Below, piece by piece: positions 38,458-48,335 of a stretch of DNA of 64,000 nt. Under the pieces are notes generated by a model, which was not told where the DNA came from, ran no database searches, and saw only the letters and a program-made list of their open reading frames with translations. The DNA comes from a virus. The first letter of the stretch is position 1; every line of letters starts with the position of its first letter. The stretch lies in the IMG/VR virus record IMGVR_UViG_3300044646_003076; one strand, given 5' to 3'. A program made the position numbers and the translations under genes.

Positions 38458-39684
38458 ATGTCATATTATCTTTCGGAAGCCTATTCAGATCTTTATAATC
38501 CTAGAGTAGATTCAAACTTTGACGATAATCTTCGTTTTATTGACTCTATGTTGGATGAAGATATTGAAGAAGTTGTGGAATCACTTGTATGGGAAATCTG
38601 TGATTATGGTAATAATCTAGATGAATCATTCAATATTCTTTCATTAGCTGCTTCCGATAAGATTATCACTGAGGCTTACGAAGAACTTGCTGGTGAATAT
38701 CTTACTGAGTCCAGAAGTGAGGTTATGGCTCGTAGAGCGATGGCTAAACAGGGTCTAGAACGGGAGAAAGGTAGACTTCAAAGTGATCTTCGTAAAGATG
38801 CACGTAGAGCCAGAGTTGATGGTGCGATTTCTAGAGTTAAATCTGCTATTGCTGGTGCTCGTGGTGGAATGGGTAGAGCTGCTAAAAATTTAGGTGGTGC
38901 TATTGCAAAAGCACGCACTGATGGTAAGGCTCGTTTAGGACAACTTCTTCGTCGGGGAGTCAAGTCAACTGGTAGACTTTTAGGCTCTGCTGGTAAAGCT
39001 GTTCAATCCGCTGGTCAAAAATCTTCCGCTTCTGGTTTAGCTACTCGTAGAGCGGGTAAAGTGGAAAAAGGCGGTCAAATGTCCCTGGTGCTAGAACCCT
39101 CCACTAAAGAAAAAACTGGTGGAGCATTATCTAAAATTGGTCGCGGAATGCGCAAGGCGGGAGTAGCTGTTGGTAGATTGACTAAATCAAAATCATCTAG
39201 TATGACTAGAAGTGATTATGATAAGCGTAAATCTGAAAGAGAATCTGTCGCTAGAGAGAAAGTTGGTAAAGCTTTTGCTCCTAATGGTATGAAAAAACCA
39301 CCTCTTCCTCCTCGCCCAGAAACCAAAAAACCAGTTGCATCTCTACCTCCCGCTGGTGGAACTAAAGGACGGGAGATGTCTCCCCGTCGTAAAGAAGCAT
39401 TAGAAAAAATCCAAAAAGCTGCTGTAGGTAAAACCGAAAAGGGTCGTAGATTCTCTGCTCCTGGTGGAATTGCTTCTACAAAAAGAGCCCACACTGATAT
39501 TCAAGGTCAAGCTGGTAGATTCGCTCGTAAAGCACTTAAGGAATACGAAGAAATTCTAGATTCTATTCTTGATAGTCTAGTAGAAGAAAAATATGCAGTA
39601 GATCATGATAGTGCTCTTAATATTTTCTTGAATCTTTCAGAAGATATGGTATATGATCTAACTGAAGAGTTTCTTGTTGATTGA
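38458..39684 (+). CDS. Hypothetical protein, acidic ends around a very basic K/R/G/A core (putative internal virion protein)
   Basis: MSYYLSEAY; LTE/S and LKE/Y junctions; C-terminal module EILDSILDSLVEEKYAVDHDSALNIF. Confidence 0.68.
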   Translation: MSYYLSEAYSDLYNPRVDSNFDDNLRFIDSMLDEDIEEVVESLVWEICDYGNNLDESFNILSLAASDKIITEAYEELAGEYLTESRSEVMARRAMAKQGLEREKGRLQSDLRKDARRARVDGAISRVKSAIAGARGGMGRAAKNLGGAIAKARTDGKARLGQLLRRGVKSTGRLLGSAGKAVQSAGQKSSASGLATRRAGKVEKGGQMSLVLEPSTKEKTGGALSKIGRGMRKAGVAVGRLTKSKSSSMTRSDYDKRKSERESVAREKVGKAFAPNGMKKPPLPPRPETKKPVASLPPAGGTKGREMSPRRKEALEKIQKAAVGKTEKGRRFSAPGGIASTKRAHTDIQGQAGRFARKALKEYEEILDSILDSLVEEKYAVDHDSALNIFLNLSEDMVYDLTEEFLVD

Positions 39685-39700
39685 TAATAAGTAATACAAT

Positions 39701-39732
39701 CTAAATAAGAGAGCCAATCATAGGCTCTTTTT
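39701..39732 (+). terminator. Late promoter CTAAATA (39701-39707) followed by a terminator hairpin
   Basis: AGAGCC-AATCATA-GGCTCT-TTTT. Confidence 0.65.
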
Positions 39733-39738
39733 AATGAC

Positions 39739-39891
39739 ATGGTAGAACTTACCGATCTATATTCCTTTAAGGCTAAGGTGTATAAACTCAAATTAAAACT
39801 CAGTGTTGATAAGGGTTCTGAGGAACAAAAATCCCTTGCAGACCAATATCTCAATGAGGTACTTTTTCTACTAGAAGAGTTGAAGATTTGA
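39739..39891 (+). CDS. Small conserved cyanophage hypothetical protein (50 aa, not in ORF track)
   Basis: MVELTDLYSFKAKVYKLKLKL...YLNEVLFLLEE. Confidence 0.6.
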   Translation: MVELTDLYSFKAKVYKLKLKLSVDKGSEEQKSLADQYLNEVLFLLEELKI

Positions 39892-40297
39892 CAATACTGT
39901 AAATATTATCTTTTTCTGAACTAAAGAATTTTCCTTCAACATTAGTGTTATAATAATCTTCTCTCAATATTACATTTCTTTTAAATTGTTCGTATGTCTC
40001 ATAATAGGACATACTTTTTTTATGAGGACAAAGATAAAGAATGGTTCTTTTAAAGTTCTGTTTACCTAGTTCTTTTACGTCTTTAATTAGTTCATCACAA
40101 GAACCGTAATAATTTCTCCAACCGCTTTCTTTTTTTCTCCGTCTTCCAGTCTTGGGATCTTTACGTCTCTCCCAGAAGTTCTTTTTTCCGATATATTTTT
40201 TATTATTGGTGTTATTTTCTATGAGATAAACAAATCCTTCCATTCCTTCTGGAACTTCATCCAATTCTTGTTCGTTAAAAAGCCAGTCCAATTCCAA
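39851..40297 (-). CDS. GIY-YIG family endonuclease
   Basis: GFVYLIEN...KKYIGKK...YYGS...FKRTIL...YYNTN. Confidence 0.85.
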   Translation of the reverse strand: MELDWLFNEQELDEVPEGMEGFVYLIENNTNNKKYIGKKNFWERRKDPKTGRRRKKESGWRNYYGSCDELIKDVKELGKQNFKRTILYLCPHKKSMSYYETYEQFKRNVILREDYYNTNVEGKFFSSEKDNIYSIVKSSTLLVEKVPH

Positions 40298-40307
40298 AAG
40301 TGTCCTA

Positions 40308-40336
40308 TTGACAACGTAGACTATTTATGCTATAGT
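40308..40336 (+). promoter_or_regulatory. Sigma70-type promoter
   Basis: TTGACA-N17-TATAGT with TG. Confidence 0.85.
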
Positions 40337-40358
40337 GAGACAGATAAACAAAAAAACA

Positions 40359-40532
40359 ATGAACAAAGAACAGATTATTGAAGATCTTGTAGATTGGTGT
40401 CTTGATAGAACTGAAGAATTAACCGATGAAGATGATGAACTCTCCCTATTGCAGGAGTTTGATGAGTGGATTTGTTATAAAAATGGTGAGATTGCAACTT
40501 CCGATTTCATGTACTTGGAGTGTTTAATCTAA
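40359..40532 (+). CDS. Small acidic conserved hypothetical protein
   Basis: IIEDLVDWC...LLQEFDEWI. Confidence 0.65.
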   Translation: MNKEQIIEDLVDWCLDRTEELTDEDDELSLLQEFDEWICYKNGEIATSDFMYLECLI

Positions 40533-40559
40533 ATATCTAGAGTGTCTTCTAGTTGTGTG

Positions 40560-41825
40560 ATGGAAATAGAATTACTTAACTTTTTTAAATTTTTTGATGA
40601 GAAAAATCCAAATCATTTAAAAGCTGTTAGTGAATTTGCTACAGCTTTATCTAAAAAAGCTCCAGATGAACTTACCAATAAATCTGGTTGGGTTATTACT
40701 TATCGTACACCAGTAATAAAAGCTCAACCTAAAAGAGTAGTTCCTTGGTATCCACAAACCGATAATTATACACAAGCAGATAGAACTTGTAATAGTTCTT
40801 CTTGTGCGATGTGTCTAGAATATTATTTACCCGGCTCACTGCCATCGGGACCAAAAGGCGATGATGCATATCTTAAGAAAGTTTTATCATTAGGTGATAG
40901 TACAGATCATAATGTTCAGACCAGAGCATTGACATCTTATGGTTTAAATTCAACCTGGTTGAAAAATCTGACTTTTGAACAGTTAGACGAACATTTAGAA
41001 ACCGTTGGTCCTATTGTAGCCGGTATTTTACATCGCGGACCAAATGATAATCCTACTAGAAATGGTGGTCATATGATCGTCATTCACACTAAATTGCCCA
41101 ATGGTAATTATATCTGTAACGATCCATACGGTAGCTATAATAATGGATACACTACTTCTGTTGAAGCAGGAAAAAATGTTGTTTATGATCGCAAAGTATT
41201 AGCAAAACGTTGGACTGCTGATGGTCCAAATACTGGTTGGGGGCGGATATTTTATCCAAAAAAGCCACAACAATCTGAGATGAATTCTAATGCTTCTCAT
41301 ATTGTAAGTAAAACACAACTTGCTCGTATTTGGAATTGTGGTGAATCTCTTATAGATGATTCAGAAGTAGTAGAACTAAATCGTTGTCTTGAACAATTTG
41401 AAATAACTACTCCAGTGAGACTAAGACATTTTCTTTCACAGATTTCTCATGAATCTGGTGGAGGTCGTTATAAAAGAGAGTTAGCTAGTGGTGATGCATA
41501 TGAAGGAAGAAAAGATCTCGGTAATACTCAACCTGGCGACGGTAGAAAATACAAAGGAGCTGGATATATCCAATTAACAGGTAGAGCTAACTATCAAGCT
41601 TTTGCGAACTTTATGAAGGATCCAAAGGTCATGGAAGGAGTTGATTATGTTGCTGAAAATTATCCATTTACATCGGCTGGTTTTTGGTGGTCTAATAATA
41701 AGATGAATCAGTTGTGTGATAAAAATCCAACCGTTGAACAAGTAACATTACGAGTCAATGGTGGCTATAATGGACTATCCGATCGCAAAAAATATTATTC
41801 TCGTTGTCTAGAAATAATTCGCTAG
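40560..41825 (+). CDS. Endolysin-like fusion: C39-like cysteine peptidase plus GH19 glycoside hydrolase
   Basis: Q...[19 protein letters not shown] (C39-like). [38 protein letters not shown] (GH19). CTAAATA at 40529. Upstream GTG at 40542 is in frame. Confidence 0.88.
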   Translation: MEIELLNFFKFFDEKNPNHLKAVSEFATALSKKAPDELTNKSGWVITYRTPVIKAQPKRVVPWYPQTDNYTQADRTCNSSSCAMCLEYYLPGSLPSGPKGDDAYLKKVLSLGDSTDHNVQTRALTSYGLNSTWLKNLTFEQLDEHLETVGPIVAGILHRGPNDNPTRNGGHMIVIHTKLPNGNYICNDPYGSYNNGYTTSVEAGKNVVYDRKVLAKRWTADGPNTGWGRIFYPKKPQQSEMNSNASHIVSKTQLARIWNCGESLIDDSEVVELNRCLEQFEITTPVRLRHFLSQISHESGGGRYKRELASGDAYEGRKDLGNTQPGDGRKYKGAGYIQLTGRANYQAFANFMKDPKVMEGVDYVAENYPFTSAGFWWSNNKMNQLCDKNPTVEQVTLRVNGGYNGLSDRKKYYSRCLEIIR

Positions 41826-41827
41826 AA

Positions 41828-41835
41828 TATAAATA
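41828..41835 (+). promoter_or_regulatory. T4 late promoter (perfect consensus)
   Basis: TATAAATA. Confidence 0.75.
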
Positions 41836-41862
41836 GAATAAGGTGTTGTAGATTTTATTGCA

Positions 41863-42201
41863 GTGTACGAAATCAACTCTTTACAAATTGATAAGGGTGC
41901 TGATTTTGATGAGACCTTTAAAATTTATAATGAAGACGGAACTGTTTTAGAATTAAATTCTAGTTTTGATGGAAAATCTAAAATTAGTAAATATCCAACT
42001 TCTCCTATATCTTTTCCCTTTAATGTCTTATTAGATACCGAAAATAACGAAGTCAACATTTCTATGGCAGCGACAGTAACTGACACTTTACCGTTTTCCA
42101 ATAGATGTTATTTTGATGTCGTTTTAACTTATGGTTATGTAACACCAAAGACGAAAAAAGTTCTGAGAGGAACTATATTAGTTAACGATACGGTATCCTA
42201 G
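41863..42201 (+). CDS. Putative virion protein typically preceding tail-fibre genes
   Basis: LQIDKGADF...KISKYPTS...FDVVL...KKVLRG. Confidence 0.7.
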   Translation: MYEINSLQIDKGADFDETFKIYNEDGTVLELNSSFDGKSKISKYPTSPISFPFNVLLDTENNEVNISMAATVTDTLPFSNRCYFDVVLTYGYVTPKTKKVLRGTILVNDTVS

Positions 42202-42203
42202 AT

Positions 42204-44591
42204 ATGAGCGGGTATAAAGTAGTTCAGTTAGGAACAGTAACACCGAGAAAGTTTGATCAACTTCTAGATGTCAATATGACAGGAGTTGAGGATGGCAATC
42301 TTGTTGCTTATGCTGCATCAACTAAAACTTTTGTTCCTTATGTGGGAAGTGGTGATATTCCACCTAACCTTACTATTTCAAATATCAACGTTTCTGGAGT
42401 CTCCACATTTGGTGGTGTCACAATCAGTAACGGTATCATAACATCTAGTAATCCTGGATTTTCTAGTGTTGTTTATTATGGGGATGGAAGTAAGCTTACT
42501 GGAATCGTTGGTATCTCTAGTTATGTTCCCACTGCTGGTTTTGCTACTGTTTCTGGAATTTCTAGTTATTCTAATATATCAGGGTATTCAACAAGCTCTG
42601 GAATTTCTTCTTATTCTAATATATCAGGATATTCAACGTTTTCTGGAATATCTTCTTATTCAGCAACATCTGGAATAGCAACTTATTCTACTTCTTCTGG
42701 TTTCTCAACATATTCTAATATATCAGGGTATTCAACAACATCTGGAATAGCGACATATTCTAATGTTTCTGGAATTGCGACCTTTGCATCTACTTCTGGA
42801 TATTCAACATCTTCTGGTATCTCATCATATTCTAATACTTCTGGTGTAGCTAATACCTCTTATAATATTTCAGGTGGTCAATCTGGAAATCTTATATACC
42901 AAGTTTCACCCGGAATATCTTCCTTTTTACCTAACGGTGTATTTGGTCAGGTTTTAGGTTTTAATGATGGCTATCCGGTTTGGCAAAATATATCTGCAGT
43001 TTCTGGTGGAACTGGCATCAGTGTCTACGATGAGGATGTTCTTGTAGGAACAGGTGGAAGTATTTCGGCCTTGAATTTTACTGGAACTAATGTTAGTGCG
43101 ATAGTGTCACCAGTAACAGGTGGGATTTCCACTATAAAAATAAATGACAATCTTGTTGGTATATCTTTATCCATATCAGGCATATCAACTTTTAATAGTT
43201 CTGTTAGTGTAGGTGGAAGCTTTACTGCAGTTGAATTTTATGGATCGGGTAAATCCCTTACTGGAGTTTTAACAGAATCAAGAGGTCTTAGGATTTTTGA
43301 TGAAGGTAACATAGTAGGTAGTGGATATAGTTTCACTAATTTAAATTTTGTTGGAGATAATGTTACTGTTTCTGGAATAGGAACGACTGCGACCGTTACG
43401 ATAAATTCTGGTGTAGTAGGATACTCCTCTATATCAGGAATTTCATCCTATGCCACAATATCGGGGTATTCTACTTTTTCTGGTGTATCAACATTTTCGA
43501 ATGTTTCTGACATCGCTACATATGCGACTAATAGTGGCTTCTCCACCGGATCAGGAATTTCTTCATATGCTATTATTTCTGGATTATCTACATACTCCAC
43601 TTTTTCCGGAATAGCAACATATTCAACTAATTCTGGTTACTCAACATCATCTGGTATTGCCACCTTTGCTAATGTTGCTGGTTATTCAACATCATCTGGT
43701 ATTGCCACCTTTGCTGCGGTATCAGGCTTAACAACCTTCGCTAATGTTTCTGGTTACTCAACATCATCTGGTATTGCTACCTTTGCTAATGTCGCTGGAA
43801 TAGCATCGTTTGTTGCCCCTGGCGGCACCAGTGGTCAGGGGCAATATAACCTGTCTGGCATACTCACTGGCGCCGCCGGGTTGACATTTGACGGCAGCGG
43901 AAACATCGATCTGGGAGAGTTCACTGGTCGGCTGCGGATTCCACTTTCGGTGAGTGGTTCGGCCGCTGCGGGCCATGTTTATCTGGACAGCGGCGATGGC
44001 TTCGTGCGTTTTCGTGATGGCGGGAATACAGAACGGCGGCCGATGATTGCGGATCGGTTTAATCCGGGGTACGCGACCGGTGCATGGATTGGGCCACCGC
44101 TGAATGCGGCGCCATCTACAGCAACTGCGGCATTGCAATTTTTAAGATTTCCTTGGAGCACCTATATTGCGGAGCCGAGAACATTTCAGATTGCCGTCAG
44201 GACGGCATCAACGTTTACGGGGTCAACAACTTTCAGGCTCTGCGTATTTAGCAATGCTAACGCTAGGCCGCTTGCCGTAGTGTTTGATAGTGGCGACATA
44301 ACTGCAACCGCAGCATCCACCAACTACGTCAGTTCCAGTACAGTAACCCTGCAGCCTGGTTTTTATCATTTTGGATTCCTAGCAACTGCGATTTCCGGCA
44401 CAGCAGCATTTCAGGGCACGGGCGCGAACGTGCGATCGGCGGGCACTAACTACGGTGAATTTAGCAGTACCACAACCGTAGTAAACACAACTTCATTAGC
44501 TTCTCAGACATCGATACCAGCGACGATAGATCCAGCCACGCTGACCACTACCAACCAGGGTTATATTATTCCATTTCTAATCCCGCAATGA
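42204..44591 (+). CDS. Tail-fibre-like protein with S/T/G-rich repeats and a GC-rich C-terminal domain
   Basis: Many (G)YSTSSGIAT(Y/F)(S/A)NVSG repeats, G...GQ.QYN motif, late promoter upstream. Confidence 0.78.
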   Translation: MSGYKVVQLGTVTPRKFDQLLDVNMTGVEDGNLVAYAASTKTFVPYVGSGDIPPNLTISNINVSGVSTFGGVTISNGIITSSNPGFSSVVYYGDGSKLTGIVGISSYVPTAGFATVSGISSYSNISGYSTSSGISSYSNISGYSTFSGISSYSATSGIATYSTSSGFSTYSNISGYSTTSGIATYSNVSGIATFASTSGYSTSSGISSYSNTSGVANTSYNISGGQSGNLIYQVSPGISSFLPNGVFGQVLGFNDGYPVWQNISAVSGGTGISVYDEDVLVGTGGSISALNFTGTNVSAIVSPVTGGISTIKINDNLVGISLSISGISTFNSSVSVGGSFTAVEFYGSGKSLTGVLTESRGLRIFDEGNIVGSGYSFTNLNFVGDNVTVSGIGTTATVTINSGVVGYSSISGISSYATISGYSTFSGVSTFSNVSDIATYATNSGFSTGSGISSYAIISGLSTYSTFSGIATYSTNSGYSTSSGIATFANVAGYSTSSGIATFAAVSGLTTFANVSGYSTSSGIATFANVAGIASFVAPGGTSGQGQYNLSGILTGAAGLTFDGSGNIDLGEFTGRLRIPLSVSGSAAAGHVYLDSGDGFVRFRDGGNTERRPMIADRFNPGYATGAWIGPPLNAAPSTATAALQFLRFPWSTYIAEPRTFQIAVRTASTFTGSTTFRLCVFSNANARPLAVVFDSGDITATAASTNYVSSSTVTLQPGFYHFGFLATAISGTAAFQGTGANVRSAGTNYGEFSSTTTVVNTTSLASQTSIPATIDPATLTTTNQGYIIPFLIPQ
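42505..43810 (+). repeat. Two blocks of short tandem coding repeats (about 42510-42860 and 43410-43810)
   Basis: Recurring DNA such as TATTCAACATCATCTGGTATTGCCACCTTTGCT encoding YSTSSGIATFA. Confidence 0.8.
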
Positions 44592-44956
44592 CCACTATTC
44601 CAAACAAGACTTTCTATTTTCAAGATGGCCAGCTGGTCGCCGAGACTACAGAGATGGTTCCGGCGCCTCCTAACTGGGAGAGGTTTATTGAGAAGATGAT
44701 GGGTAGTGAGCTTGCAAATGCATTACATCACGAGGCGATGAAGATTCCTGGTGTATCGCTAGCAGCGTCAAGTTTGCCGGGTGAAATTCTCAATGTCTCA
44801 AAAGGAGGAGATACATCTTTGTTGAGACGGGCATGGCTACTGCTTTTATCCACTGGTGTTCTACCTCAGGTTTTCCTTGAGTCAGTGTTGCAGGAGGCGG
44901 TTGACTCCAATTTACCACAACATGTAGTAGAAGCCCTACAGCCTCCTAGTTCGTAA
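44588..44956 (+). CDS. Hypothetical protein coupled to the tail fibre (possible fibre chaperone/accessory)
   Basis: ATGA overlap and elevated GC like the fibre tip. PPNWERF motif. Confidence 0.6.
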   Translation: MTTIPNKTFYFQDGQLVAETTEMVPAPPNWERFIEKMMGSELANALHHEAMKIPGVSLAASSLPGEILNVSKGGDTSLLRRAWLLLLSTGVLPQVFLESVLQEAVDSNLPQHVVEALQPPSS

Positions 44957-44991
44957 TTATATGTTTATCGCTCTGTATTCTGACCGAATAA

Positions 44992-45228
44992 TCAATCTTC
45001 CATTTTAGTCTTAAGAGCAATAATGGTATTCAATAACAAGAATAACGCATCATAAGCCCTTTTGTCCGATTCACTACATTTTTCATCTAATGGTTTTTTG
45101 ATGTTACCATACAAAGAATTACCATAAAGAGAAAATGGTAATGAGAAATTGCAGTTAATAAAATTTATTCCAATAATACATATAAATGCACAACAAATGA
45201 TAAAGATTAGATTGTTAAGTTTAGGCAT
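44992..45228 (-). CDS. Small membrane protein
   Basis: N-terminal hydrophobic LIFIICCAFICIIGINFI and C-terminal LFLLLNTIIALK. Confidence 0.6.
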   Translation of the reverse strand: MPKLNNLIFIICCAFICIIGINFINCNFSLPFSLYGNSLYGNIKKPLDEKCSESDKRAYDALFLLLNTIIALKTKMED

Positions 45229-45430
45229 CTGATTTCTCTTTTATATGTTCTTGTCTATGAATCCAAGATTTCAAATCGTTTACATAACATCTTAAAATTT
45301 TTGATTGTTCATTATGAAATTCGTCGCCTGATTGGAGATATAATTTGGTGTGTTGATCTATCGCTTTTATGATAACATGGATCTTATCATTCCAGGGATC
45401 TCTAGTGTTATTACTCCATTCTCTCGGCAT
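45221..45430 (-). CDS. Conserved cyanophage hypothetical protein
   Basis: MPREW...RDPWN...KAIDQH...LRCYVNDLKSWI. Minus-strand CTAAATA at 45439-45445. Confidence 0.72.
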   Translation of the reverse strand: MPREWSNNTRDPWNDKIHVIIKAIDQHTKLYLQSGDEFHNEQSKILRCYVNDLKSWIHRQEHIKEKSDA

Positions 45431-45450
45431 TTTATAATTATTTAGGAATG

Positions 45451-45507
45451 GGACGGCGAAGAAACTGGCACATCAGCTACCTGTTTGACGGGTTGTCGTG
45501 TTATGGT
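45451..45507 (+). promoter_or_regulatory. Box promoter (copy 2): palindromic box plus extended -10
   Basis: GGACG-N10-TGGCACA, 29 nt, then TG-T-TATGGT. Confidence 0.6.
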
Positions 45508-45529
45508 TGTTTTGTCCGTAGAAGAATCC

Positions 45530-45721
45530 ATGTCACCAGAAAGCGAAAAATTTTTATTCATATTAGATAAACTTAAAAGCGAGTTCGGATTCAATGTATC
45601 CGAAAGTTTACGCAAAGGAGTAAATCTTCTGTTTGTGGCGAAAAGACAAGAACAGCAAGGGCTCCGGGTTGCTTTTATTGACGATAGTAATAATATTGTG
45701 ATGGAGATTCAATCACTATGA
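45530..45721 (+). CDS. Ribbon-helix-helix (CopG-like) DNA-binding protein
   Basis: ILDKLKSEFGFNVSESLRKGVNLL...GLRVAFIDDSNNIVMEI. Probable ATG at 45530 (track start 45485). Confidence 0.6.
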   Translation: MSPESEKFLFILDKLKSEFGFNVSESLRKGVNLLFVAKRQEQQGLRVAFIDDSNNIVMEIQSL

Positions 45722-45777
45722 CATTAGAAACGGATCTGTGTAATTTTGTTCATCCGACTCAATAATCAATTATTAAA

Positions 45778-46107
45778 ATGACACATCTAAATTATCTTTT
45801 CACACATTGTATTCCCACAGGAATCCATAACATCAGATACGCATTCATTTTATGGATTAAACTTCTTCAGGGTGATTATTCAGACTATCAGATTTATAAT
45901 AGGCATTATGAGATGTATAATGAACAAGAACTTTTTGAAATGCTTAGAGCTGATTTTTGGGATCGGCTAGAAGATGATGTGTTAGATAAAGTTTTTTTTG
46001 AATATCTTATCAAAATTAATAATGATGCAATTTCTGGAAAGATTGAAACCACTCCATGGAACATTGATGATTTTCTAGAAGATTTATATGAGGATATTGA
46101 AGAATGA
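45778..46107 (+). CDS. Hypothetical protein
   Basis: Acidic co-oriented ORF. Confidence 0.65.
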   Translation: MTHLNYLFTHCIPTGIHNIRYAFILWIKLLQGDYSDYQIYNRHYEMYNEQELFEMLRADFWDRLEDDVLDKVFFEYLIKINNDAISGKIETTPWNIDDFLEDLYEDIEE

Positions 46108-46442
46108 AGGATGAAATGTGTTATAAGACAGTTTTGAGTCCATCATACAAAGGGCGCACCACTTTCAGGCGAGTTTATTATCACCCGAAGACAGGTTATC
46201 AGATTGCTGTTGTTACTCGATTTGGTATTTTGATGCCAGTGGACCGTTTTATGGGATATTGGAATCGTTATTGGGTATCTTTTCCTGCTGAAACTCCCAA
46301 CGCTTTTACCTTTCGCGTGGTTAGTCTGAGGATCGCTGAGAGACACATTAGAAGAGAATATACTCCTTCTGGTAGATTGATGAACCGGATTATTGTTACT
46401 ATGGCAAACGCTCAAGAAAAACTGCCGAGATATTATTACTAA
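46104..46442 (+). CDS. Hypothetical protein
   Basis: ATGA overlap with the upstream gene. Basic/aromatic composition. Confidence 0.6.
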   Translation: MKDEMCYKTVLSPSYKGRTTFRRVYYHPKTGYQIAVVTRFGILMPVDRFMGYWNRYWVSFPAETPNAFTFRVVSLRIAERHIRREYTPSGRLMNRIIVTMANAQEKLPRYYY

Positions 46443-46493
46443 CAATTTTTAAAATTTGAACACATTTTATCAACTTTTCATTGGAGACTTATT

Positions 46494-47534
46494 ATGAAAG
46501 ACTTTGAACTACTTCTATCTAATGACTATGACCCGAGGCTACAGCAATCGTTTTCTACCTTCTGGATTCGTAACAACATTCCATATACTTCTCGGGTGAT
46601 TATAGTTTGTTGTGATGAATCATGGAAATCAGAAATTTTAGAATTCTCAAAAAACATTGGAGAAAATATTATTATTATTACCAATCATGGTGATATTTGG
46701 GAAGGCATCTACCCACATGTTACTGTCTATTCAAAACAATATAAATTTTATGTTCAAATTATTAAACAAGATAAGGTGTTACAAGTTAAAATTTTAGCGG
46801 AAAATGATGTATATGAGAATATTGTAAATGATCTCTTGGAAAAATTCAATATTCAACAGAAAGGTCTTACGGCACAATGGTTGATGATGTCTGGTACTGG
46901 ATTAACAACTAAATCTGTTGATATTGATATCAATAATGAAATTCATTCAGAAATGTATCCTTTTCTTCAGGAACGAAATACAACTTTGGATGAATATTAC
47001 GATGCCTTTAAAAATTCTTCTCCCAAAATTCTTCTGTTGATGGGTGAACGGGGTACAGGAAAAACAAGTTTTATTCGTGGATTATTGAAGAGACATCGTT
47101 GGGATGCGATGATTTCGTATGATGAAAGAGTATTAACAGATGATTACACTCTTATTAGATTTTTAGAATCTTCTTCCGATTGTTTCGTAATTGAAGACTC
47201 TGATAATCTCATCTACAAAAGAGAACAAGGTAATAACTTCGTTCATAAGTTTCTCAATCTAGGAGATGGTCTTATTACAAAAAGTGGTAAAAAATTGATT
47301 TTGTCTACGAATATTACTTCTACCGATGAGATTGATTCCGCTCTTATTCGCCCAGGTAGATGTTTTGACGTTCTACAGTTCAATAAGCTCACCCAGGATC
47401 AAGCAAGAAATTTGATTGAAACAAGAAATCTGGATATTACACCACCAGATAGAGATGTATCTATTGCAGAACTCTTCAATCAACAACCGAAATTCTCTTC
47501 TGATAAACTAAAGAGAAGAGTGGGATTTCTTTGA
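46494..47534 (+). CDS. AAA+ ATPase
   Basis: GERGTGKT, FVIEDSD, LSTN, DSALIRPGRCFD. Confidence 0.88.
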   Translation: MKDFELLLSNDYDPRLQQSFSTFWIRNNIPYTSRVIIVCCDESWKSEILEFSKNIGENIIIITNHGDIWEGIYPHVTVYSKQYKFYVQIIKQDKVLQVKILAENDVYENIVNDLLEKFNIQQKGLTAQWLMMSGTGLTTKSVDIDINNEIHSEMYPFLQERNTTLDEYYDAFKNSSPKILLLMGERGTGKTSFIRGLLKRHRWDAMISYDERVLTDDYTLIRFLESSSDCFVIEDSDNLIYKREQGNNFVHKFLNLGDGLITKSGKKLILSTNITSTDEIDSALIRPGRCFDVLQFNKLTQDQARNLIETRNLDITPPDRDVSIAELFNQQPKFSSDKLKRRVGFL

Positions 47535-47545
47535 GGGGGGTCTTA

Positions 47546-47604
47546 TGTGTCAATAATCAAACTGGCACATAAGATATCCATTATAAGAAAAAGTGTGCTA
47601 GAGT
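47546..47604 (+). promoter_or_regulatory. Box promoter (copy 3)
   Basis: TGTGTCA-N10-TGGCACA, 29 nt, then TG-C-TAGAGT. Confidence 0.7.
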
Positions 47605-47631
47605 AAAACCACTTCACAACAAGAACAAATA

Positions 47632-48015
47632 ATGAAAGAAATTTGGTGTTTAAGGCATCCTGATCCAAACAAAATACCTCATTATATCATTACTGATTTT
47701 TGTCCTGGACCCGAATGGATTAAGGTTGACGAAAGAAATGATCAGAGAAAACAACAGTTAGAGGAGTTATTTGCGACAGCTTATCAAGTTGTTGGTGCTG
47801 CTGGTGGTCCAGTTGAATTGTTGGATAATCTATATGCCGCAACCAATGGAGATGAATTACCTCATAGTCCAGATGCAGGTCTTCCTTGGGTACCAGCTTA
47901 TGGAGTTGCAACCGATGCTGACATTGACTTTATCAAGTCTATGATTTCTTCGCGGATATTCACGGATGAATACACAGAAAAACTCAACAACATTCTAAAA
48001 ATTATTAGCAAATGA
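47632..48015 (+). CDS. Hypothetical protein
   Basis: First gene after a promoter. Confidence 0.65.
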   Translation: MKEIWCLRHPDPNKIPHYIITDFCPGPEWIKVDERNDQRKQQLEELFATAYQVVGAAGGPVELLDNLYAATNGDELPHSPDAGLPWVPAYGVATDADIDFIKSMISSRIFTDEYTEKLNNILKIISK

Positions 48016-48335
48016 ATATTGAACGTTTCAAACTTTCAGAACACTCCAAACGTGTTCTAGAAAAGGAACAAATTCCGATTCCTTCTTATAATATGTTTGA
48101 TAATCCAGAGGCAGTTCTTATCACTCAAAGAGAGCGTATAACAGATGATCTGATTCCTGTTATTGAGTATGTTATTACTGTGAACAAAGAAGCAATTAAG
48201 GATCACACTAGCTTCTGGTTGCCCGTTTATAGACATCTTCATCTTCATTTAGAAGAACAGTCAAGTGAAGCACTAAGCCGTGATATTCAATTTGGTATTG
48301 CAGAAAAATTCAAAAAATACTTAACTAACTCTTGA
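48012..48335 (+). CDS. Hypothetical protein
   Basis: Coupled ORF. Confidence 0.62.
   Translation: MNIERFKLSEHSKRVLEKEQIPIPSYNMFDNPEAVLITQRERITDDLIPVIEYVITVNKEAIKDHTSFWLPVYRHLHLHLEEQSSEALSRDIQFGIAEKFKKYLTNS

Noticed and set aside
43764-44161. Minus-strand ORFs opposite the tail-fibre tip
   Set aside because: Same GC-rich shadow effect, with no recognisable motifs.
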